A stretch of DNA of 32,000 nucleotides from Candidatus Saccharimonadota bacterium. GTDB lineage: Archaea > Nanohalarchaeota > Nanosalinia > Nanosalinales > Nanosalinaceae. Below the pieces are notes generated by a model. It was given only the letters and a program-made list of their open reading frames with translations, made no database searches and was not told where the DNA came from. Position numbers and translations under genes: made by a program. The stretch lies in contig NZ_CP107255.1 in assembly GCF_029232205.1 (NCBI RefSeq), positions 30,001-62,000 on the forward strand. The letters are read 5' to 3'. This document shows positions 6,676 through 14,058 of the stretch, piece after piece (the stretch's first letter is position 1; every line of letters begins with the position of its first letter).

Positions 6676-9087
6676 ATGAGAATTGAAACTCAGGTAATTG
6701 ATGGCGATTACAGGATTGAGGACGAAGAGGTATTTGTCAGGCTTTTCTGCAGGTCTGGAGAGAAAAATATTATCGCGTACGATAGAGATTTCAGGCCTTA
6801 TTTCTACGCTTTGCCGTCCGAGGAGTCCGATGGCGCTGAAGATCTTGAGAAGAAGATTTCCGATCAGAGTTTTTCGGATGATGATGGCGAACATATTCCT
6901 TTGCTTGATACTGAGGTAGTGGAGAAGATTGTAGGTCATGAGGCTAGGAAGGCTGTCAAGGTGTACACCAATATCCCTGCTAACGTTCCAAAGCTGAAGA
7001 ATGGAGTCTGGGATCTTCCGGAGACCGAGAGATGCCGGGAGTTTGACATTCCTTTCTACCGCCGCTATCTCATCGATAAGAGGATCAGGCCTGGAAAAAC
7101 TGTAGAAGTTTCCGGCGAAGAGGCAGACTCTGATGAATATGATATAGCTATCGAGATAGATGACATCAACCCTGACGTCGATGAAAAAGATCAGGAGTAC
7201 GTTACAATGGCCTTCGATCTTGAAGTGTATCAGGACAAGATTATAATGGCCTCAATGAAGTCTGAAGGTTTTGAAAAAGTTCTTTCTCTTTCAGAGGTTG
7301 ATAGGCCTTTTGTTGAGAGTGTTGAAGATGAGGAAGAGCTTCTTGAGAGATTTATCGAGATAATACAGGATAGAGATGTTGATATTTTAACAGGTTACAA
7401 TACTGATGAGTTTGATTTCTCCGTGCTGAGGGATGCTGCGGAGAGGAATAATGTTACTCTTTCCCTAGGCCGTGATGGCGAGAGAATGAAGTTTAACCGC
7501 AGAGGCCGTTTTTCAGCCGCGAGATTGAAGGGCAGAGCACATCTTGATCTCTATCCTTTCGTTGATCATGTTCTTTCTCCGGGAATGGAGGCCGAGAACC
7601 TTGATCTTGATTCTGTGGCTGAGGAACTTCTCGGCGAGAACAAGGACGATCTGAGTTGGGAGGAGATGAAAGAGTCGTGGGAAGAACAGGAAGATCTTGA
7701 GAAGTTTGCCGATTACTGCCTGAAGGACTCAGATCTAGCGTTGAGACTTTCGGAGGAGATTGTGCCTCAGGTTATGGAGTTGTCGAAGATTGTCGGAACG
7801 ATCCCATTCGATACATGTAGACTTACTTACGGCCAGTTGACAGAAAACTTCCTTTTGAGAGAGGCCTTCGAGAGAGATATGATTGCGCCTAACAGGCCTT
7901 CCCGCAGCAAGAGATCTGATCGAAGAAATGAGGGCGCTTATGCAGGAGGTTTTGTCTATACACCGGAGTCAGGCCTTCACGAAAATATTGCGTTGTTCGA
8001 CTTCCGTTCGTTGTATCCTACAGTGATGGTGGCTCATAATATTTCTCCTGATACACTGAATCTTGATAATTGCAGTGACAGGTTTACGTTGGAGGACTTT
8101 GAGTATGATTTCTGTCAGGATGAGCAGGGTTTCTTCCCTGAGTTGATTGAAGGCCTTGTAGAGGAAAGATATGAGATTAAAAGTGAGATGAAGGATGCAG
8201 ATAAGGATTCTGCTGAGTATCAGAGTTTGTATAATCGCCAGCAGGCCGAAAAGATTCTTGCCAACTCCTTCTATGGTTATCTTGGTTATAACGGTGCCAG
8301 GTGGTACAGCAGGGAGTGTGCGGAGGCCACTACGTATATGGGCCGGAAGTATATTGAGGATACTATTGAGACAGCTGAGGATTTAGGCCTTGAAGTTGTG
8401 TATGGTGATACGGATTCTGTTTTCCTTAAGGGAGATAATATTCGTGAGAGGATGGATGGTTTTCTGGATGAGGTTAACGATGAGCTTCCTGAGTTTATGG
8501 AGCTGGAGTTTGAAGGCTTTTTCAGGAGAGGCCTGTTTACGTCTACCGAGTCCGGTGAAGGGGCCAAGAAGAAGTATGCTTTGATTGATGAGGACGGCGA
8601 GATGAAGATTACTGGTTTTGAGCAGGTTCGTCGTGACTGGAGCCCTATTGCGAAGGAAACTCAGAAGAAAGTTTTACAGGCCGTGCTGGAGGATGATGTC
8701 GACAGGGCAGTCGAGGTTGTAGAAGATACTATAGAGGAGCTTCAGTCGGGTGAGGTGCCGGTTGAGAAGTTGAAGATCTATACTACCTTGACGAAGCCTC
8801 CTGAGGAGTATGGTTCGACGGCTCCGCACGTTGAGGCAGCTAAAAAGGCAAAGAAGAAAGGTGATGAGATCAAGCCTGAGTCAACTATTACTTACGTGAT
8901 TACTTCTGGAGGAGGCACTATTTCTGATCGTGCAAGGCTTCTGAAGTATGCTGATAGCTATGATTCCGAGTACTACGTTGATAACCAGGTTTTACCTGTC
9001 GCTATGAGAGTTCTCAAGGTATTTGGTTATACAGAAGATCAGTTGAAGGGAAAAGGTAAGCAGAGTGGCCTTGACAGGTTTTCCTAG
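6676..9087 (+). CDS. polB: Family B DNA polymerase (PolB)
   Basis: Exonuclease motifs are FDLEV and TGYNTDEFDF. Polymerase motifs are DFRSLYPTVM (motif A), KILANSFYGYLG (motif B) and YGDTDS (motif C). There is no intein. Confidence 0.95.
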   Translation: MRIETQVIDGDYRIEDEEVFVRLFCRSGEKNIIAYDRDFRPYFYALPSEESDGAEDLEKKISDQSFSDDDGEHIPLLDTEVVEKIVGHEARKAVKVYTNIPANVPKLKNGVWDLPETERCREFDIPFYRRYLIDKRIRPGKTVEVSGEEADSDEYDIAIEIDDINPDVDEKDQEYVTMAFDLEVYQDKIIMASMKSEGFEKVLSLSEVDRPFVESVEDEEELLERFIEIIQDRDVDILTGYNTDEFDFSVLRDAAERNNVTLSLGRDGERMKFNRRGRFSAARLKGRAHLDLYPFVDHVLSPGMEAENLDLDSVAEELLGENKDDLSWEEMKESWEEQEDLEKFADYCLKDSDLALRLSEEIVPQVMELSKIVGTIPFDTCRLTYGQLTENFLLREAFERDMIAPNRPSRSKRSDRRNEGAYAGGFVYTPESGLHENIALFDFRSLYPTVMVAHNISPDTLNLDNCSDRFTLEDFEYDFCQDEQGFFPELIEGLVEERYEIKSEMKDADKDSAEYQSLYNRQQAEKILANSFYGYLGYNGARWYSRECAEATTYMGRKYIEDTIETAEDLGLEVVYGDTDSVFLKGDNIRERMDGFLDEVNDELPEFMELEFEGFFRRGLFTSTESGEGAKKKYALIDEDGEMKITGFEQVRRDWSPIAKETQKKVLQAVLEDDVDRAVEVVEDTIEELQSGEVPVEKLKIYTTLTKPPEEYGSTAPHVEAAKKAKKKGDEIKPESTITYVITSGGGTISDRARLLKYADSYDSEYYVDNQVLPVAMRVLKVFGYTEDQLKGKGKQSGLDRFS

Positions 9088-9088
9088 T

Positions 9089-10498
9089 CTAGTATGTGTG
9101 AATTGATTTATCGAGCGCGTCTTCACAGGCCTCTGCAAATCCTTCAGGGAATGTAGGGTGTGCGTGTATTGTATTTGCTACATCGTCTAGGTAGGCCTGC
9201 ATTTCAAGGGCTAGAGTTGCTTCTGCAATCATGTCAGATGCTCTGGCACCTACTATCTGAGATCCCAGTAATTTGCCGTCTTCACGGGCCACTACGCGTA
9301 TGAAACCATCTGTTTTGGTGGTTGTAAGTGCTCTTCCGGATGCTGTGAGCGGGAAGCGGCCGACTTTGATGTTGTCATGTTTTTCTCGGGCCTCTTCGGG
9401 ATTTAGTCCTACTGATGCTACTTCTGGATCTGTGTACATAGCCTTTGGTATGTACTGGTTGTCGAATGCCGCCTTTTTTCCTGCGGCGACTTCTCCAGCT
9501 ACTTTTCCTTCTCTGTAGGCCTTGTGTGCGAGCATTGGCTGGCCTACTACGTCTCCGATTGCGAATATGTTTTCGTCGGTTGTTCTCATCTGTTGATCTG
9601 TTTTGACGAATCCTTCGTCTACTTCTACGTCTGTGTTTTCTAGTTCGAGGCTTTCCAGATTTGGTTTTGTTGTTCTGCCTGCGGCTACCAGTATGTAGTC
9701 TCCTTCGATTTCTACTTTTTCTCCTTCCTGATCTGCTACCAGTACAGCTTTATCGTCTCGGTATTTGACTTCTTCTGCCTTTGTTGAGGTGTAGATTTCG
9801 TCGTTGTAGTGATCGCTGACTTCCTGTAGCTGGCTGACTATCTCTTCGTCGAAGTTTGCGAGTACGCGGTCTCGGGCCTCTACTACTTTGACTGTGGCGC
9901 CGAACTTGCAGAACTTTGTTACGGCCTCCATTCCAATGTATCCTCCGCCGACTACTACTATTTCGTCCGGAACGTGTTCCAGATTCAGAAGTTCTCTGGA
10001 TGAGATGATTTTGTCTTTGTCGAATTCGAGGCCTGGTATTTCTATTGGGGAACTGCCTGTTGCGATTATTGCGTTTTCAAACTCTATTTTGTCGGTCCTG
10101 TGTTCTTCTTCGACTCTGACAGTGTTTGAGTCAATGAACTTGGCCTCTCCTTTCTTGTATTCGATGTTTTCGTGCTCCAGCATCTGTTTTACGCCTTGAT
10201 CAAGTTTTTCCACTATGCTGTCTTTCCATTCTTTGATCTCCTTGAAGTTGACGTGCTCGCATTCTGCTTTGATGCCAATGTTGTTCCAGTGCTGGATGTC
10301 GTCATGGAATTTTGATGCATGGATAAAGGCCTTGGCCGGTATGCATCCTCTGTTGAGGCAGGTTCCTCCTATTTTTTCTTTATCTACCAGTACGACATCT
10401 TGGCCTTCCTGTGCGGCTCTTATTGCTGCAGAGTATCCTCCTGGGCCTGCACCTATCACTACTAAGTCTGTTCCGGTTGCGATATCTCCTACTACCAT
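9089..10498 (-). CDS. lpdA: Dihydrolipoamide dehydrogenase (E3)
   Basis: It has an FAD-binding GAGPGGY, the redox disulfide GGTCLNRGCIPAK, an NAD-binding VVVGGGYIGME and a C-terminal HAHPTFPE dimerisation motif. Its ATG overlaps the E2 stop (TAATG). Confidence 0.93.
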   Translation of the reverse strand: MVVGDIATGTDLVVIGAGPGGYSAAIRAAQEGQDVVLVDKEKIGGTCLNRGCIPAKAFIHASKFHDDIQHWNNIGIKAECEHVNFKEIKEWKDSIVEKLDQGVKQMLEHENIEYKKGEAKFIDSNTVRVEEEHRTDKIEFENAIIATGSSPIEIPGLEFDKDKIISSRELLNLEHVPDEIVVVGGGYIGMEAVTKFCKFGATVKVVEARDRVLANFDEEIVSQLQEVSDHYNDEIYTSTKAEEVKYRDDKAVLVADQEGEKVEIEGDYILVAAGRTTKPNLESLELENTDVEVDEGFVKTDQQMRTTDENIFAIGDVVGQPMLAHKAYREGKVAGEVAAGKKAAFDNQYIPKAMYTDPEVASVGLNPEEAREKHDNIKVGRFPLTASGRALTTTKTDGFIRVVAREDGKLLGSQIVGARASDMIAEATLALEMQAYLDDVANTIHAHPTFPEGFAEACEDALDKSIHTY

Positions 10499-11925
10499 TA
10501 CAGGTTCACCATTAGTTCTTCTGGGTTCTCCAGGTTTTCGACTACGTCATTCATGAATTTGGCTGCTGTGGCGCCGTCTACAACTCTGTGATCGTAGCTG
10601 AGTGATAGTTTGACTGTGGTTCTGGGTGTTACTTCTCCATCCACTACTTCTGCGGTTTCTCCTATTTTTCCTATTCCCAGGATTGCGACCTGAGGGTAGT
10701 TTATGATTGGTGTGAACTCTTCTCCTCCTATTACTCCGAGATTTGTTATTGAGAAGGTTCCGGGGCTCATTTCGTCCTGTCCAAGACTTCCGTCTCTTGC
10801 GGCCTCGGCCTTTTCCACGATGTCTTCAGCCAGTTCGATCATGTTTTTCTCTGCTACATCCTCTATTCTTGGTACTAGCAGGCCTCTGTCTGTATCGACT
10901 GCGATGTTGAAGTCGTAGTATTTTTTCTGAATTACTGTATCGTTTTCTTTGTCTAGCTCTGCGTTGAGAGTTGGGTAGTCCTTTAAGGCTTTTGTACAGG
11001 CCTTCATGATGAATGGCAGGTATGTGAGGTGTGCGTCTACCTTGTTTTTCACGCTGTCTCTGAGATCTGAGAGCTCGGTAATATCGGCTTTTTCCACGTG
11101 TGTAACGTGTGGTGCTGTGAAGCGAGATTTCTCCATTTTGCTGGCGATGCTTTTTCTGATGCCGGACATTTCAACTTTCTCTACTTCGCCACGATAATCT
11201 CTGTCGGTTGTAGAAGTTGTTTTCTGCTCCGTTTCCGTTTCAGGGGTTTCTCCGTTTGCGGCATTGATTACGTCTTGTCGGGTTATTTTTCCTCCGCGGC
11301 CTGTTCCCTCTATCTGTGAGATATTGATTTCTTTTTCTCTGGCCAGTTTCCGTACGGAAGGTGTAGCGTTCACCTCTCCGGTATCTGCGACTTCCTGTGC
11401 TGGAGAAGAGTCTTCGGTTTCTGAGTTCTCTTTGTTTCCTCCGCTTTCTGCGGCCTGCAGTACTTCTTCCTCTGTTATTCTTTCTCCTGTTTTGATGCTT
11501 GCGAGGTCGACGCCTTTCTTCTCTGCCAGTTTCCTGACTTTTGGAAGTGCAAGCACGTCTCCTGATGAAGAGGAAGTTTTGGTTGTTGCTTCTTGCTGTT
11601 TTTCTTCTGTATCTGCTGCTTCAGCCTGTTCTGGTGGTTCTTCCTCATTTTCTTCTGGTTCTGAGGCCTCTTCTGTTTCTTGTTCTTCGGTTTCTCCTGT
11701 ATCCAGTTCCATGATGACGTCTCCTACTTCTACTCTGTCTCCTGGGGAGGCCATCAGTTCTTTTACTGTGCCGTCTGATGGCGCCGGTATTTCTACTACT
11801 GCTTTATCTGTTTCTGCTTCCCCGACTACCTGGTCTTCCTCTACCTGGTCTCCTACTTCTATTTTCCATTCGAGGAATTTTCCTTCTGTTACTCCTTCGC
11901 CTGTGTCGGGGAATTCGAACTGGAT
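10498..11925 (-). CDS. Dihydrolipoamide acyltransferase (E2) of a 2-oxoacid dehydrogenase complex; the 5' end is set at a putative non-canonical ATC start
   Basis: The lipoyl domain (FEFPDTGEGVTEGK...GEAETDKAVVEIPAP) lies upstream of the first ATG (11754) and in frame with it. Following it are an acidic linker, two PSBD modules (LALPKVRKLAEKKGVDL; ATPSVRKLAREKEINI) and a catalytic domain with DHRVVDG. No ATG/GTG/TTG occurs between the upstream stop (11944-11946) and 11754. AGGTGATC lies 5 nt before ATC 11925. Confidence 0.85.
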   Translation of the reverse strand: MQFEFPDTGEGVTEGKFLEWKIEVGDQVEEDQVVGEAETDKAVVEIPAPSDGTVKELMASPGDRVEVGDVIMELDTGETEEQETEEASEPEENEEEPPEQAEAADTEEKQQEATTKTSSSSGDVLALPKVRKLAEKKGVDLASIKTGERITEEEVLQAAESGGNKENSETEDSSPAQEVADTGEVNATPSVRKLAREKEINISQIEGTGRGGKITRQDVINAANGETPETETEQKTTSTTDRDYRGEVEKVEMSGIRKSIASKMEKSRFTAPHVTHVEKADITELSDLRDSVKNKVDAHLTYLPFIMKACTKALKDYPTLNAELDKENDTVIQKKYYDFNIAVDTDRGLLVPRIEDVAEKNMIELAEDIVEKAEAARDGSLGQDEMSPGTFSITNLGVIGGEEFTPIINYPQVAILGIGKIGETAEVVDGEVTPRTTVKLSLSYDHRVVDGATAAKFMNDVVENLENPEELMVNL

Positions 11926-11930
11926 TTTTG

Positions 11931-11938
11931 GATCACCT
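11931..11938 (-). promoter_or_regulatory. Shine-Dalgarno AGGTGATC serving the E2 lipoyl-domain reading frame
   Basis: The 8-nt SD-like sequence (AGGTGATC) overlaps the E1beta TAG stop. It lies 5 nt upstream of the in-frame ATC at 11925-11923. Confidence 0.5.
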
Positions 11939-12905
11939 AGAAGTTAAGGACTCTTTCGAGACCCTTTACTGCTCTGTCCTTGTTTGGCATGTAGAAGTCT
12001 TCAAGAGTGTATAGTGGATATGGTACGTCCGGTGCTGTTACTCTTTCTACCGGAGCCTCCATTTTGAGTATTTCGTTTTCCTGGATTCTTGCTGCTATTT
12101 CTGCTCCGAATCCTACGCTTTTTGGTGCTTCGTGTAGTACCATTGCTCTTCCGGTTTTTTCGACTGATTCGTAGATTGTGTCGAAGTCGGCAGGGTAGAT
12201 TGTTCTCAGGTCTATTATTTCGACGTCTGCGTCGATTTCGTCTGCTGCATCCTCCGCTACAGGCACCATTGCGCCCCAGGCTACCAGTGTTACGTCTTGT
12301 CCTTCCTGTACTATTCTGGCTTCTTCTAGGTCGACTTCTTTCTCTGTGTCTACGTCTTCCTTGAAGGCTCTGTAGATTTTCTTTGGTTCAAGGAATACTA
12401 CTGGGTCGTCCATCTGGATCGATTTTCTGAGCAATGAGTACGTGTCCTGTGGTGTGCTTGGTATTACTACGTGGAGGCCCTGTGAATGTGAGAAAAATGT
12501 TTCTGGGCTTTCCTGGTGATGTTCCAGTGCCGAGATTCCTCCTCCGTATGGTGCTCTCATTGTTAGAGGCACTGTGTAGTCTCCACGACTTCTTATTCTC
12601 ATTCTGGATGCATGTTCCTTGATCTGATAGAATGACAGATATGAGAAACCTGAGAACTGCATCTCTATTACAGGCCTGAATCCGTACAGGCTCATTCCAA
12701 TGGCTGTTCCTGCAATTCCTGACTCTGCCAGAGGGCTGGAGAATACCCTGTCCTCTCCAAACTCATCCTGAAGACCTTTAGTTGCTCTGAATACTCCTCC
12801 ATCTTCTCCTACATCTTCTCCGTAGGCTATTACATTTTCATCTGCTTCCATTTCGTCGTGTATTGCCTGGTTGACGGCCTCTACTATGTTCATTTTCTCT
12901 GTCAT
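11937..12905 (-). CDS. pdhB: 2-oxoacid dehydrogenase E1 component, beta subunit
   Basis: It shows transketolase-like pyrimidine-binding and C-terminal domains: GEDVGEDGGVFRATKGL, SPLAESGIAGTAIG, and FLEPKKIYR. Its ATG overlaps the E1alpha stop (TAATG). Confidence 0.93.
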   Translation of the reverse strand: MTEKMNIVEAVNQAIHDEMEADENVIAYGEDVGEDGGVFRATKGLQDEFGEDRVFSSPLAESGIAGTAIGMSLYGFRPVIEMQFSGFSYLSFYQIKEHASRMRIRSRGDYTVPLTMRAPYGGGISALEHHQESPETFFSHSQGLHVVIPSTPQDTYSLLRKSIQMDDPVVFLEPKKIYRAFKEDVDTEKEVDLEEARIVQEGQDVTLVAWGAMVPVAEDAADEIDADVEIIDLRTIYPADFDTIYESVEKTGRAMVLHEAPKSVGFGAEIAARIQENEILKMEAPVERVTAPDVPYPLYTLEDFYMPNKDRAVKGLERVLNF

Positions 12906-13960
12906 TACTGATCCACCTCTTTTTTGAGCTGTTCTTTTTCCTGTTTCAGTAGTTCTGGCATTTCATCGTATACGTAGTCGAATAGCTCGTCGAATTCTGG
13001 CTCGTCGGCGTCTATTGCTTTCTGGGCGGCCTCGTCTACTTTTTCCTTGGCTTTTTCCTCGAACTCCTCTAGTTCATCGTCCCAGATGTCGTGTTCTTTC
13101 AGGTATTCTTTGAATTTTCTTAGAGGATCTTTTTCCTTCCATTCTTCGACTTCTTCCTCATCTCTGTAACGTGTTGAGTCGTCAGAAGTTGTATGGTCCT
13201 CCAGTCTGTATGTTACGGCCTCAATCAGCACTGGTTCGCCGTTTCGAGCTTTTTCAAGTGCTTCTTCCATGGCCTTGATTACTGCGAGAAGATCGTTTCC
13301 ATCAACCTGGATGCCTGTGATGCCGTATGCAATTGCTTTCTGTGCGATTGTCTCTGACTTTGTCTGTTTTTCCCGCGGCATGCTGATTGCGTACTGGTTG
13401 TTCTGTACGAAGAAGATTGAGTGGCCGCTGTATACTCCTGCGAAGTTGAGGGCCTCGTGGAAGTCTCCTTCTGAAGTTGATCCATCGCCTGTAAATCCTA
13501 TTACTGCGTTTTCGTCGTCTTTTTTCTCCATTGCCATTCCGAGGCCTGCGGTGTGCAGGTTCTGTGTTCCTACGGGGATGGCTACTGGTAGTGTATTTAG
13601 TTCGGAGAGGTTTTTCTGGCCGTTTGCGTCACCCATCCATCTCTGGAAGATCTTGTCAAGCGGTGCACCACGTGCGATAAAGGCCGCTGTCTCTCTGAAT
13701 GAAGGTACAACCCAGTCGTCTTCTTCAAGCGCGAACATTGCACCTATCTGGGCTGCTTCCTGACCTTTGTGAGGTGCGTAAGTTGATATTTCCCCTCTTC
13801 TCTGCAGTGAAAAGGCCTTTTCGTCGAATTTTCTTGCAATCATCATTTGCTTGTAGAGCTCTTTGTACTCGTCTTCCTCTATCCAGGGGAAATCGTCTTC
13901 ATCGTCTGTCCCCATGACTTCAATTCGCTCTACCGAACCAGAATATACTTCTTCCCGCAT
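12905..13960 (-). CDS. pdhA: 2-oxoacid dehydrogenase E1 component, alpha subunit (ThDP-binding)
   Basis: The ThDP motif is GDGSTSEGDFHEALNFA...FFVQNNQYAIS. I place the start at internal ATG 13960 (MREEVYSG...). The ORF-track N-terminal extension to 14113 is basic, atypical, and overlaps the divergent ACD gene. A TATA box (TTTTTTATATAC, 13985-13996) lies about 25-30 nt upstream. Confidence 0.9.
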   Translation of the reverse strand: MREEVYSGSVERIEVMGTDDEDDFPWIEEDEYKELYKQMMIARKFDEKAFSLQRRGEISTYAPHKGQEAAQIGAMFALEEDDWVVPSFRETAAFIARGAPLDKIFQRWMGDANGQKNLSELNTLPVAIPVGTQNLHTAGLGMAMEKKDDENAVIGFTGDGSTSEGDFHEALNFAGVYSGHSIFFVQNNQYAISMPREKQTKSETIAQKAIAYGITGIQVDGNDLLAVIKAMEEALEKARNGEPVLIEAVTYRLEDHTTSDDSTRYRDEEEVEEWKEKDPLRKFKEYLKEHDIWDDELEEFEEKAKEKVDEAAQKAIDADEPEFDELFDYVYDEMPELLKQEKEQLKKEVDQ

Positions 13961-14058
13961 TATGATTGAAACAGGCCTCGGCTCGTATATAAAAAATCGT
14001 TTGCGACCTCTCGGTGAATTCAACAACCTAAATAACCGCGGAATAGAAATTAAGGTAT
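13961..14058. promoter_or_regulatory. Divergent promoter region between the 2-oxoacid dehydrogenase operon and the ADP-forming acetyl-CoA synthetase gene
   Basis: This is a 98-bp gap. A minus-strand TATA, TTTTTTATATAC (13985-13996), lies about 25-30 nt from ATG 13960. A plus-strand TATA-like CTAAATAAC (about 14028-14036) lies about 25 nt from ATG 14059. Neither gene has an SD, which is consistent with leaderless transcripts. Confidence 0.5.

Noticed and set aside
6580-6939. 119-aa minus-strand ORF spanning the polB start.
   Set aside because: It overlaps polB in antisense and extends into AT-rich intergenic DNA. Its composition (I/L/N/F-rich) is non-acidic, and it has no SD or TATA.
11920-11946. 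Programmed frameshift or stop read-through fusing E1beta to E2.
   Set aside because: The E1beta TAG is in a different frame from E2, and I see no slippery heptamer. A strong SD placed 5 nt before an in-frame ATC is the simpler explanation. This is not excluded without data.
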